A stretch of DNA of 64,000 bases from Auanema rhodensis. Taxonomy: Eukaryota; Animalia; Nematoda. Shown one piece after another: positions 11,793-27,089 of the stretch. Location: assembly GCA_964057225.1 (NCBI GenBank), contig OZ059896.1, positions 372,001-436,000 of the forward strand. Direction: 5' to 3'. Position numbers and translations under genes: made by a program. Numbering within the stretch: position 1 is the first letter of the stretch; every line of letters begins with the position of its first letter. A model generated the notes under the pieces. The model saw only the letters and a list, made by a program, of their open reading frames with translations, was not told the origin of the DNA and made no database searches.

Positions 11793-14700
11793 TTTGTTTT
11801 TAGACTAATATGGACAAGGGGAATCTAATTTTGAAAACCGCATCTCTTTATCTTTCACGTGAAGCGAGTTACATACCAAGTGCACATCACGTGTACATTT
11901 AATTAGCATAAATTAAAGTTCACGTAAATTTCAAAGTCATGGTTACCATGCACCAATATCAATAAAAATTTGTTTTCAGACTAATATGGACATGGGGAAT
12001 CTAATTTTGAAAACCGCATCTCTTTATCTTTCACGTGAAGCGAGTTACATACCAAGTGCACATCACGTGTACATTTAATTAGCATAAATTAAAGTTCACG
12101 TAAATTTCAAAGTCATGGTTACCATGAACCAATATCAATAAAAATTTGTTTTTAGACTAATATGGACATGGGGAATCTAATTTTGAAAACCGCATCTCTT
12201 TATCTTTCACGTGAAGCGAGTTACATACCAAGTGCACATCACGTGTACATTTAATTAGCATAAATTAAAGTTCACGTAAATTTCAAAGTCATGGTTACCA
12301 TGAAGCAATATCAATAAAAATTCGTTTTTAGACTAATATGGACATGGGGAATCTAATTTTGAAAACCGCATCTCTTTATCTTTCACGTGAAGCGAGTTAC
12401 ATACCAAGTGCACATCACGTGTACATTTAATTAGCATAAATTAAAGTTCACGTAAATTTCAAAGTCATGGTTACCATGCACCAATATCAATAAAAATTTG
12501 TTTTTAGACTAATATGGACATGGGGAATCTAATTTTGAAAACCGCATCTCTTTATCTTTCACGTGAAGCGAGTTACATACCAAGTGCACATCACGTGTAC
12601 ATTTAATTAGCATAAATTAAAGTTCACGTAAATTTCAAAGTCATGGTTACCATGAACCAATATCAATAAAAATTTGTTTTTAGACTAATATGGACATGGG
12701 GAATCTAATTTTGAAAACCGCATCTCTTTATCTTTCACGTGAAGCGAGTTACATACCAAGTGCACATCACGTGTACATTTAATTAGCATAAATTAAAGTT
12801 CACGTAAATTTCAAAGTTATGGTTACCATGCACCAATATCAATAAAAATTTGTTTTTAGACTAATATGGACATGGGGAATCTAATTTTGAAAACCGCATC
12901 TCTTTATCTTTCACGTGAAGCGAGTTACATACCAAGTGCACATCACGTGTACATTTAATTAGCATAAATTAAAGTTCACGTAAATTTCAAAGTCATGGTT
13001 ACCATGCACCAATATCAATAAAAACTTGTTTTTAGACTAATATGGACATGGGGAATCTAATTTTGAAAACCGCATCTCTTTATCTTTCACGTGAAGCGAG
13101 TTACATACCAAGTGCACATCACGTGTACATTTAATTAGCATAAATTAAAGTTCACGTAAATTTCAAAGTTATGGTTACCATGCACCAATATCAATAAAAA
13201 TTTGTTTTTAGACTAATATGGACATGGGGAATCTAATTTTGAGAACCGCATCTCTTTATCTTTCACGTGAAGCGAGTTACATACCAAGTGCACATCACGT
13301 GTACATTTAATTAGCATAAATTAAAGTTCACGTAAATTTCAAAGTCATGGTTACCATGAACCAATATCAATAAAAATTTGTTTTTAGACTAATATGGACA
13401 TGGGGAATCTAATTTTGAAAACCGCATCTCTTTATCTTTCACGTGAAGCGAGTTACATACCAAGTGCACATCACGTGTACATTTAATTAGCATAAATTAA
13501 AGTTCACGTAAATTTCAAAGTCATGGTTACCATGAACCAATATCAATAAAAATTTGTTTTTAGACTAATATGGACATGGGGAATCTAATTTTGAAAACCG
13601 CATCTCTTTATCTTTCACGTGAAGCGAGTTACATACCAAGTGCACATCACGTGTACATTTAATTAGCATAAATTAAAGTTCACGTAAATTTCAAAGTCAT
13701 GGTTACCATGAAGCAATATCAATAAAAATTCGTTTTTAGACTAATATGGACATGGGGAATCTAATTTTGAAAACCGCATCTCTTTATCTTTCACGTGAAG
13801 CGAGTTACATACCAAGTGCACATCACGTGTACATTTAATTAGCATAAATTAAAGTTCACGTAAATTTCAAAGTCATGGTTACCATGCACCAATATCAATA
13901 AAAATTTGTTTTTAGACTAATATGGACATGGGGAATCTAATTTTGAAAACCGCATCTCTTTATCTTTCACGTGAAGCGAGTTACATACCAAGTGCACATC
14001 ACGTGTACATTTAATTAGCATAAATTAAAGTTCACGTAAATTTCAAAGTCATGGTTACCATGAACCAATATCAATAAAAATTTGTTTTTAGACTAATATG
14101 GACATGGGGAATCTAATTTTGAAAACCGCATCTCTTTATCTTTCACGTGAAGCGAGTTACATACCAAGTGCACATCACGTGTACATTTAATTAGCATAAA
14201 TTAAAGTTCACGTAAATTTCAAAGTCATGGTTACCATGCACCAATATCAATAAAAATTTGTTTTTAGACTAATATGGACATGGGGAATCTAATTTTGAAA
14301 ACCGCATCTCTTTATCTTTCACGTGAAGCGAGTTACATACCAAGTGCACATCACGTGTACATTTAATTAGCATAAATTAAAGTTCACGTAAATTTCAAAG
14401 TCATGGTTACCATGCACCAATATCAATAAAAATTTGTTTTTAGACTAATATGGACATGGAGAATCTAATTTTGAAAACCGCATCTCTTTATCTTTCACGT
14501 GAAGCGAGTTACATACCAAGTGCACATCACGTGTACATTTAATTAGCATAAATTAAAGTTCACGTAAATTTCAAAGTCATGGTTACCATGCACCAATATC
14601 AATAAAAATTTGTTTTTAGACTAATATGGACATGGGGAATCTAATTTTGAAAACCGCATCTCTTTATCTTTCACGTGAAGCGAGTTACATACCAAGTGCA

Positions 14701-15121
14701 CATCACGTGTACATTTAATTAGCATAAATTAAAGTTCACGTAAATTTCAAAGTTATGGTTACCATGCACCAATATCAATAAAAATTTGTTTTTAGACTAA
14801 TATGGACATGGGGAATCTAATTTTGAAAACGGCATCTCTTTATCTTTCACGTGAAGCGAGTTACATACCAAGTGCACATCACGTGTACATTTATTTAGCA
14901 TAAATTAAAGTTCACGTAAATTTCAAAGTCATGGTTACCATGAAGCAATATCAATAAAAATTTGTTTTTAGACTAATATGGACATGGGGAATCTAATTTT
15001 GAAAACCGCATCTCTTTATCTTTCACGTGAAGCGAGTTACATACCAAGTGCACATCACGTGTACATTTAATTAGCATAAATTAAAGTTCACGTAAATTTC
15101 AAAGTCATGGTTACCATGCAC

Positions 15122-18100
15122 CAATATCAATAAAAATTTGTTTTTAGACTAATATGGACATGGGGAATCTAATTTTGAAAACCGCATCTTTTTATCTTTC
15201 ACGTGAAGCGAGTTACATACCAAGTGCACATCACGTGTACATTTAATTAGCATAAATTGAAGTTCACGTAAATTTCAAAGTTATGGTTACCATGCACCAA
15301 TATCAATAAAAATTTGTTTTTAGACTAATATGGACATGGGGAATCTAATTTTGAAAACCGCATCTCTTTATCTTTCACGTGAAGCGAGTTACATACCAAG
15401 TGCACATCACGTGTACATTTAATTAGCATAAATTAAAGTTCACGTAAATTTCAAAGTCATGGTTACCATGCACCAATATCAATAAAAACTTGTTTTTAGA
15501 CTAATATGGACATGGGGAATCTAATTTTGAAAACCGCATCTCTTTATCTTTCACGTGAAGCGAGTTACATACCAAGTGCACATCACGTGTACATTTAATT
15601 AGCATAAATTAAAGTTCACGTAAATTTCAAAGTTATGGTTACCATGCACCAATATCAATAAAAATTTGTTTTTAGACTAATATGGACATGGGGAATCTAA
15701 TTTTGAAAACCGCATCTCTTTATCTTTCACGTGAAGCGAGTTACATACCAAGTGCACATCACGTGTACATTTATTTAGCATAAATTAAAGTTCACGTAAA
15801 TTTCAAAGTCATGGTTACCATGAAGCAATATCAATAAAAATTTGTTTTTAGACTAATATGGACATGGGGAATCTAATTTTGAAAACCGCATCTCTTTATC
15901 TTTCACGTGAAGCGAGTTACATACCAAGTGCACATCACGTGTACATTTAATTAGCATAAATTAAAGTTCACGTAAATTTCAAAGTCATGGTTACCATGCA
16001 CCAATATCAATAAAAACTTGTTTTTAGACTAATATGGACATGGGGAATCTAATTTTGAAAACCGCATCTCTTTATCTTTCACGTGAAGCGAGTTACATAC
16101 CAAGTGCACATCACGTGTACATTTAATTAGCATAAATTAAAGTTCACGTAAATTTCAAAGTTATGGTTACCATGCACCAATATCAATAAAAATTTGTTTT
16201 TAGACTAATATGGACATGGGGAATCTAATTTTGAAAACCGCATCTCTTTATCTTTCACGTGAAGCGAGTTACATACCAAGTGCACATCACGTGTACATTT
16301 ATTTAGCATAAATTAAAGTTCACGTAAATTTCAAAGTCATGGTTACCATGAAGCAATATCAATAAAAATTTGTTTTTAGACTAATATGGACATGGGGAAT
16401 CTAATTTTGAAAACCGCATCTCTTTATCTTTCACGTGAAGCGAGTTACATACCAAGTGCACATCACGTGTACATTTAATTAGCATAAATTAAAGTTCACG
16501 TAAATTTCAAAGTCATGGTTACCATGCACCAATATCAATAAAAATTTGTTTTTAGACTAATATGGACATGGGGAATCTAATTTTGAAAACCGCATCTTTT
16601 TATCTTTCACGTGAAGCGAGTTACATACCAAGTGCACATCACGTGTACATTTAATTAGCATAAATTAAAGTTCACGTAAATTTCAAAGTCATGGTTACCA
16701 TGCACCAATATCAATAAAAATTTGTTTTTAGACTAATATGGACATGGGGAATCTAATTTTGAAAACCGCATCTTTTTATCTTTCACGTGAAGCGAGTTAC
16801 ATACCAAGTGCACATCACGTGTACATTTAATTAGCATAAATTGAAGTTCACGTAAATTTCAAAGTTATGGTTACCATGCACCAATATCAATAAAAATTTG
16901 TTTTTAGACTAATATGGACATGGGGAATCTAATTTTGAAAACCGCATCTCTTTATCTTTCACGTGAAGCGAGTTACATACCAAGTGCACATCACGTGTAC
17001 ATTTAATTAGCATAAATTAAAGTTCACGTAAATTTCAAAGTCATGGTTACCATGAACCAATATCAATAAAAATTTGTTTTTAGACTAATATGGACATGGG
17101 GAATCTAATTTTGAAAATCGCATCTCTTTATCTTTCACGTGAAGCGAGTTACATACCAAGTGCACATCACGTGTACATTTAATTAGCATAAATTAAAGTT
17201 CACGTAAATTTCAAAGTCATGGTTACCATGAACCAATATCAATAAAAATTTGTTTTTAGACTAATATGGACATGGGGAATCTAATTTTGAAAACCGCATC
17301 TCTTTATCTTTCACGTGAAGCGAGTTACATACCAAGTGCACATCACGTGTACATTTAATTAGCATAAATTAAAGTTCACGTAAATTTCAAAGTCATGGTT
17401 ACCATGAAGTAATATCAATAAAAATTTGTTTTTAGACTAATATGGACATGGGGAATCTAATTTTGAAAACCGCATCTCTTTATCTTTCACGTGAAGCGAG
17501 TTACATACCAAGTGCACATCACGTGTACATTTAATTAGCATGAATTAAAGTTCACGTAAATTTCAAAGTCATGGTTACCATGCACCAATATCAATAAAAA
17601 TTGGTATTTAGACTAATATGGACATGGGGAATCTAATTTTGAAAACCGCATCTCTTTATCTTTCACGTGAAGCGAGTTACATACCAAGTGCACATCACGT
17701 GTACATTTATTTAGCATAAATTAAAGTTCACGTAAATTTCAAAGTCATGGTTACCATGAAGCAATATCAATAAAAATTTGTTTTTAGACTAATATGGACA
17801 TGGGGAATCTAATTTTGAAAACCGCATCTCTTTATCTTTCACGTGAAGCGAGTTACATACCAAGTGCACATCACGTGTACATTTAATTAGCATAAATTAA
17901 AGTTCACGTAAATTTCAAAGTTATGGTTACCATGCACCAATATCAATAAAAATTTGTTTTTAGACTAATATGGACATGGGGAATCTAATTTTGAAAACCG
18001 CATCTCTTTATCTTTCACGTGAAGCGAGTTACATACCAAGTGCACATCACGTGTACATTTAATTAGCATAAATTAAAGTTCACGTAAATTTCAAAGTCAT

Positions 18101-21100
18101 GGTTACCATGAACCAATATCAATAAAAATTTGTTTTTAGACTAATATGGACATGGGGAATCTAATTTTGAAAACCGCATCTCTTTATCTTTCACGTGAAG
18201 CGAGTTACATACCAAGTGCACATCACGTGTACATTTAATTAGCATAAATTAAAGTTCACGTAAATTTCAAAGTCATGGTTACCATGAAGCAATATCAATA
18301 AAAATTTGTTTTTAGACTAATATGGACATGGGGAATCTAATTTTGAAAACCGCATCTCTTTATCTTTCACGTGAAGCGAGTTACATACCAAGTGCACATC
18401 ACGTGTACATTTAATTAGCATAAATTAAAGTTCACGTAAATTTCAAAGTCATGGTTACCATGAAGCAATATCAATAAAAATTCGTTTTTAGACTAATATG
18501 GACATGGGGAATCTAATTTTGAAAACCGCATCTCTTTATCTTTCACGTGAAGCGAGTTACATACCAAGTGCACATCACGTGTACATTTAATTAGCATAAA
18601 TTAAAGTTCACGTAAATTTCAAAGTCATGGTTACCATGAAGCAATATCAATAAAAATTTGTTTTTAGACTAATATGGACATGGGGAATCTAATTTTGAAA
18701 ACCGCATCTCTTTATCTTTCACGTGAAGCGAGTTACATACCAAGTGCACATCACGTGTACATTTAATTAGCATAAATTAAAGTTCACGTAAATTTCAAAG
18801 TCATGGTTACCATGAACCAATATCAATAAAAATTTGTTTTTAGACTAATATGGACATGGGGAATCTAATTTTGAAAACCGCATCTCTTTATCTTTCACGT
18901 GAAGCGAGTTACATACCAAGTGCACATCACGTGTACATTTAATTAGCATAAATTAAAGTTCACGTAAATTTCAAAGTCATGGTTACCATGAAGTAATATC
19001 AATAAAAATTTGTTTTTAGACTAATATGGACATGGGGAATCTAATTTTGAAAACCGCATCTCTTTATCTTTCACGTGAAGCGAGTTACATACCAAGTGCA
19101 CATCACGTGTACATTTAATTAGCATGAATTAAAGTTCACGTAAATTTCAAAGTCATGGTTAGCATGCACCAATATCAATAAAAATTTGTATTTAGACTAA
19201 TATGGACATGGGGAATCTAATTTTGAAAACCGCATCTCTTTATCTTTCACGTGAAGCGAGTTACATACCAAGTGCACATCACGTGTACATTTAATTAGCA
19301 TAAATTAAAGTTCACGTAAATTTCAAAGTCATGGTTACCATGCACCAATATCAATAAAAATTTGTTTTTAGACTAATATGGACATGGGGAATCTAATTTT
19401 GAAAACTGCATCTCTTTATCTTTCACGTGAAGCGAGTTACATACCAAGTGCACATCACGTGTACATTTAATTAGCATAAATTAAAGTTCACGTAAATTTC
19501 AAAGTCATGGTTACCATGAACCAATATCAATAAAAATTTGTTTTTAGACTAATATGGACATGGGGAATCTAATTTTGAAAACCGCATCTCTTTATCTTTC
19601 ACGTGAAGCGAGTTACATACCAAGTGCACATCACGTGTACATTTAATTAGCATAAATTAAAGTTCACGTAAATTTCAAAGTCATGGTTACCATGAAGCAA
19701 TATCAATAAAAATTCGTTTTTAGACTAATATGGACATGGGGAATCTAATTTTGAAAACCGCATCTCTTTATCTTTCACGTGAAGCGAGTTACATACCAAG
19801 TGCACATCACGTGTACATTTAATTAGCATAAATTAAAGTTCACGTAAATTTCAAAGTCATGGTTACCATGAAGCAATATCAATAAAAATTCGTTTTTAGA
19901 CTAATATGGACATGGGGAATCTAATTTTGAAAACCGCATCTCTTTATCTTTCACGTGAAGCGAGTTACATACCAAGTGCACATCACGTGTACATTTAATT
20001 AGCATAAATTAAAGTTCACGTAAATTTCAAAGTCATGGTTACCATGAACCAATATCAATAAAAATTTGTTTTTAGACTAATATGGACATGGGGAATCTAA
20101 TTTTGAAAACCGCATCTCTTTATCTTTCACGTGAAGCGAGTTACATACCAAGTGCACATCACGTGTACATTTAATTAGCATAAATTAAAGTTCACGTAAA
20201 TTTCAAAGTCATGGTTACCATGAAGCAATATCAATAAAAATTTGTTTTTAGCCTAATATGGACATGGGGAATCTAATTTTGAAAACCGCATCTCTTTATC
20301 TTTCACGTGAAGCGAGTTACATACCAAGTGCACATCACGTGTACATTTAATTAGCATGAATTTAAGTTCACGTAAATTTCAAAGTCATGGTTACCATGCA
20401 CCAATATCAATAAAAATTTGTTTTTAGACTAATATGGACATGGGGAATCTAATTTTGAAAACCGCATCTCTTTATCTTTCACGTGAAGCGAGTTACATAC
20501 CGAGTGCACATCACGTGTACATTTAATTAGCATAAATTAAAGTTCACGTAAATTTCAAAGTCATGGTTACCATGCACCAATATCAATAAAAATTTGTTTT
20601 TAGACTAATATGGACATGGGGAATCTAATTTTGAAAACCGCATCTCTTTATCTTTCACGTGAAGCGAGTTACATACCGAGTGCACATCACGTGTACATTT
20701 AATTAACATAAATAAAAGTTCACGTAAATTTCAAAGTCATGGTTACCATGAACCAATATCAATAAAAATTTGTTTTTAGACTAATATGGACATGGGGAAT
20801 CTAATTTTGAAAACCGCATCTCTTTATCTTTCACGTGAAGCGAGTTACATACCAAGTGCACATCACGTGTACATTTAATTAGCATAAATTAAAGTTCACG
20901 TAAATTTCAAAGTCATGGTTACCATGCACCAATATCAATAAAAATTTGTTTTTAGACTAATATGGACATGGGGAATCTAATTTTGAAAACCGCATCTCTT
21001 TATCTTTCACGTGAAGCGAGTTACATACCAAGTGCACATCACGTGTACATTTAATTAGCATAAATTAAAGTTCACGTAAATTTCAAAGTCATGGTTACCA

Positions 21101-24100
21101 TGAAGCAATATCAATAAAAATTCGTTTTTAGACTAATATGGACATGGGGAATCTAATTTTGAAAACCGCATCTCTTTATCTTTCACGTGAAGCGAGTTAC
21201 ATACCAAGTGCACATCACGTGTACATTTAATTAGCATAAATTAAAGTTCACGTAAATTTCAAAGTCATGGTTACCATGAAGCAATATCAATAAAAATTCG
21301 TTTTTTGACTAATATGGACATGGGGAATCTAATTTTGAAAACCGCATCTCTTTATCTTTCACGTGAAGCGAGTTACATACCAAGTGCACATCACGTGTAC
21401 ATTTAATTAGCATAAATTAAAGTTCACGTAAATTTCAAAGTCATGGTTACCATGCACCAATATCAATAAAAACTTGTTTTTAGACTAATATGGACATGGG
21501 GAATCTAATTTTGAAAACCGCATCTCTTTATCTTTCACGTGAAGCGAGTTACATACCAAGTGCACATCACGTGTACATTTAATTAGCATAAATTAAAGTT
21601 CACGTAAATTTCAAAGTTATGGTTACCATGCACCAATATCAATAAAAATTTGTTTTTAGACTAATATGGACATGGGGAATCTAATTTTGAGAACCGCATC
21701 TCTTTATCTTTCACGTGAAGCGAGTTACATACCAAGTGCACATCACGTGTACATTTAATTAGCATAAATTAAAGTTCACGTAAATTTCAAAGTCATGGTT
21801 ACCATGAACCAATATCAATAAAAATTTGTTTTTAGACTAATATGGACATGGGGAATCTAATTTTGAAAACCGCATCTCTTTATCTTTCACGTGAAGCGAG
21901 TTACATACCAAGTGCACATCACGTGTACATTTAATTAGCATAAATTAAAGTTCACGTAAATTTCAAAGTCATGGTTACCATGAAGTAATATCAATAAAAA
22001 TTTGTTTTTAGACTAATATGGACATGGGGAATCTAATTTTGAAAACCGCATCTCTTTATCTTTCACGTGAAGCGAGTTACATACCAAGTGCACATCACGT
22101 GTACATTTAATTAGCATGAATTAAAGTTCACGTAAATTTCAAAGTCATGGTTACCATGCACCAATATCAATAAAAATTTGTATTTAGACTAATATGGACA
22201 TGGGGAATCTAATTTTGAAAACCGCATCTCTTTATCTTTCACGTGAAGCGAGTTACATACCAAGTGCACATCACGTGTACATTTAATTAGCATAAATTAA
22301 AGTTCACGTAAATTTCAAAGTCATGGTTACCATGCACCAATATCAATAAAAATTTGTTTTTAGACTAATATGGACATGGGGAATCTAATTTTGAAAACTG
22401 CATCTCTTTATCTTTCACGTGAAGCGAGTTACATACCAAGTGCACATCACGTGTACATTTAATTAGCATAAATTAAAGTTCACGTAAATTTCAAAGTCAT
22501 GGTTACCATGAACCAATATCAATAAAAATTTGTTTTTAGACTAATATGGACATGGGGAATCTAATTTTGAAAACCGCATCTCTTTATCTTTCACGTGAAG
22601 CGAGTTACATACCAAGTGCACATCACGTGTACATTTAATTAGCATAAATTAAAGTTCACGTAAATTTCAAAGTCATGGTTACCATGAAGCAATATCAATA
22701 AAAATTCGTTTTTAGACTAATATGGACATGGGGAATCTAATTTTGAAAATCGCATCTCTTTATCTTTCACGTGAAGCGAGTTACATACCAAGTGCACATC
22801 ACGTGTACATTTAATTAGCATAAATTAAAGTTCACGTAAATTTCAAAGTCATGGTTACCATGAAGCAATATCAATAAAAATTTGTTTTTAGACTAATATG
22901 GACATGGGGAATCTAATTTTGAAAACCGCATCTCTTTATCTTTCACGTGAAGCGAGTTACATACCAAGTGCACATCACGTGTACATTTAATTAGCATAAA
23001 TTAAAGTTCACGTAAATTTCAAAGTCATGGTTACCATGAAGCAATATCAATAAAAATTCGTTTTTAGACTAATATGGACATGGGGAATCTAATTTTGAAA
23101 ACCGCATCTCTTTATCTTTCACGTGAAGCGAGTTACATACCAAGTGCACATCACGTGTACATTTAATTAGCATAAATTAAAGTTCACGTAAATTTCAAAG
23201 TCATGGTTACCATGAAGCAATATCAATAAAAATTTGTTTTTAGACTAATATGGACATGGGGAATCTAATTTTGAAAACCGCATCTCTTTATCTTTCACGT
23301 GAAGCGAGTTACATACCAAGTGCACATCACGTGTACATTTAATTAGCATAAATTAAAGTTCACGTAAATTTCAAAGTCATGGTTACCATGAAGTAATATC
23401 AATAAAAATTTGTTTTTAGACTAATATGGACATGGGGAATCTAATTTTGAAAACCGCATCTCTTTATCTTTCACGTGAAGCGAGTTACATACCAAGTGCA
23501 CATCACGTGTACATTTAATTAGCATGAATTAAAGTTCACGTAAATTTCAAAGTCATGGTTAGCATGCACCAATATCAATAAAAATTTGTATTTAGACTAA
23601 TATGGACATGGGGAATCTAATTTTGAAAACCGCATCTCTTTATCTTTCACGTGAAGCGAGTTACATACCAAGTGCACATCACGTGTACATTTAATTAGCA
23701 TAAATTAAAGTTCACGTAAATTTCAAAGTCATGGTTACCATGCACCAATATCAATAAAAATTTGTTTTTAGACTAATATGGACATGGGGAATCTAATTTT
23801 GAAAACTGCATCTCTTTATCTTTCACGTGAAGCGAGTTACATACCAAGTGCACATCACGTGTACATTTAATTAGCATAAATTAAAGTTCACGTAAATTTC
23901 AAAGTCATGGTTACCATGAAGCAATATCAATAAAAATTCGTTTTTAGACTAATATGGACATGGGGAATCTAATTTTGAAAATCGCATCTCTTTATCTTTC
24001 ACGTGAAGCGAGTTACATACCAAGTGCACATCACGTGTACATTTAATTAGCATAAATTAAAGTTCACGTAAATTTCAAAGTCATGGTTACCATGAAGCAA

Positions 24101-25224
24101 TATCAATAAAAATTTGTTTTTAGACTAATATGGAAATGGGGAATCTAATTTTGAAAACCGCATCTCTTTATCTTTCACGTGAAGCGAGTTACATACCAAG
24201 TGCACATCACGTGTACATTTAATTAGCATAAATTAAAGTTCACGTAAATTTCAAAGTCATGGTTACCATGAAGCAATATCAATAAAAATTCGTTTTTAGA
24301 CTAATATGGACATGGGGAATCTAATTTTGAAAACCGCATCTCTTTATCTTTCACGTGAAGCGAGTTACATACCAAGTGCACATCACGTGTACATTTAATT
24401 AGCATAAATTAAAGTTCACGTAAATTTCAAAGTCATGGTTACCATGAACCAATATCAATAAAAATTTGTTTTTACACTAATATGGACATGGGGAATCTAA
24501 TTTTGAAAACCGCATCTCTTTATCTTTCACGTGAAGCGAGTTACATACCAAGTGCACATCACGTGTACATTTAATTAGCATAAATTAAAGTTCACGTAAA
24601 TTTCAAAGTCATGGTTACCATGAAGCAATATCAATAAAAATTTGTTTTTAGCCTAATATGGACATGGGGAATCTAATTTTGAAAACCGCATCTCTTTATC
24701 TTTCACGTGAAGCGAGTTACATACCAAGTGCACATCACGTGTACATTTAATTAGCATGAATTTAAGTTCACGTAAATTTCAAAGTCATGGTTACCATGCA
24801 CCAATATCAATAAAAATTTGTTTTTAGACTAATATGGACATGGGGAATCTAATTTTGAAAACCGCATCTCTTTATCTTTCACGTGAAGCGAGTTACATAC
24901 CGAGTGCACATCACGTGTACATTTAATTAGCATAAATTAAAGTTCACGTAAATTTCAAAGTCATGGTTACCATGCACCAATATCAATAAAAATTTGTTTT
25001 TAGACTAATATGGACATGGGGAATCTAATTTTGAAAACCGCATCTCTTTATCTTTTACGTGAAGCGAGTTACATACCGAGTGCACATCACGTGTACATTT
25101 AATTAACATAAATTAAAGTTCACGTAAATTTCAAAGTCATGGTTACCATGAACCAATATCAATAAAAATTTGTTTTTAGACTAATATGGACATGGGGAAT
25201 CTAATTTTGAAAACCGCATCTCTT
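15122..25224 (+). repeat. Copy 1 of a ~10.1-kb intra-array segmental duplication (n87-143)
   Basis: All 57 monomer variant signatures, including rare ones (T3G+T6A, C154G, A12C, T122A, A10T, C23A, G11C, C64T), recur in the same order 11,968 bp downstream. Confidence 0.93.
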
Positions 25225-27089
25225 TATCTTTCACGTGAAGCGAGTTACATACCAAGTGCACATCACGTGTACATTTAATTAGCATAAATTAAAGTTCACG
25301 TAAATTTCAAAGTCATGGTTACCATGCACCAATATCAATAAAAATTTGTTTTTAGACTAATATGGACATGGGGAATCTAATTTTGAAAACCGCATCTCTT
25401 TATCTTTCACGTGAAGCGAGTTACATACCAAGTGCACATCACGTGTACATTTAATTAGCATAAATTAAAGTTCACGTAAATTTCAAAGTCATGGTTACCA
25501 TGAACCAATATCAATAAAAATTTGTTTTTAGACTAATATGGACATGGGGAATCTAATTTTGAAAACCGCATCTCTTTATCTTTCACGTGAAGCGAGTTAC
25601 ATACCAAGTGCACATCACGTGTACATTTAATTAGCATGAATTTAAGTTCACGTAAATTTCAAAGTCATGGTTACCATGCACCAATATCAATAAAAATTTG
25701 TTTTTAGACTAATATGGACATGGGGAATCTAATTTTGAAAACCGCATCTCTTTATCTTTCACGTGAAGCGAGTTACATACCGAGTGCACATCACGTGTAC
25801 ATTTAATTAGCATAAATTAAAGTTCACGTAAATTTCAAAGTCATGGTTACCATGCACCAATATCAATAAAAATTTGTTTTTAGACTAATATGGACATGGG
25901 GAATCTAATTTTGAAAACCGCATCTCTTTATCTTTCACGTGAAGCGAGTTACATACCAAGTGCACATCACGTGTACATTTAATTAGCATAAATTAAAGTT
26001 CACGTAAATTTCAAAGTCATGGTTACCATGAACCAATATCAATAAAAATTTGTTTTTAGACTAATATGGACATGGGGAATCTAATTTTGAAAACCGCATC
26101 TCTTTATCTTTCACGTGAAGCGAGTTACATACCAAGTGCACATCACGTGTACATTTAATTAGCATGAATTTAAGTTCACGTAAATTTCAAAGTCATGGTT
26201 ACCATGCACCAATATCAATAAAAATTTGTTTTCAGACTAATATGGACATGGGGAATCTAATTTTGAAAACCGCATCTCTTTATCTTTCACGTGAAGCGAG
26301 TTACATACCGAGTGCACATCACGTGTACATTTAATTAGCATAAATTAAAGTTCACGTAAATTTCAAAGTCATGGTTACCATGCACCAATATCAATAAAAA
26401 TTTGTTTTTAGACTAATATGGACATGGGGAATCTAATTTTGAAAACGGCATCTCTTTATCTTTCACGTGAAGCGAGTTACATACCAAGTGCACATCACGT
26501 GTAGATTTAATTAGCATAAATTAAAGTTCACGTAAATTTCAAAGTCATGGTTACCATGCACCAATATCAATAAAAACTTGTTTTTAGACTAATATGGACA
26601 TGGGAAATCTAATTTTGAAAACCGCATCTCTTTATCTTTCACGTGAAGCGAGTTACATACCAAGTGCACATCACGTGTACATTTAATTAGCATAAATTAA
26701 AGTTCACGTAAATTTCAAAGTCATGGTTACCATGCACCAATATCAATAAAAATTTGTTTTTAGACTAATATGGACATGGGGAATCTAATTTTGAAAACGG
26801 CATCTCTTTATCTTTCACGTGAAGCGAGTTACATACCAAGTGCACATCACGTGTAGATTTAATTAGCATAAATTAAAGTTCACGTAAATTTCAAAGTTAT
26901 GGTTACCATGCACCAATATCAATAAAAATTTGTTTTTAGACTAATATGGACATGGGGAATCTAATTTTGAAAACCGCATCTCTTTATCTTTCACGTGAAG
27001 CGAGTTACATACCAAGTGCACATCACGTGTACATTTAATTAGCATAAATTAAAGTTCACGTAAATTTCAAAGTCATGGTTACCATGAAG

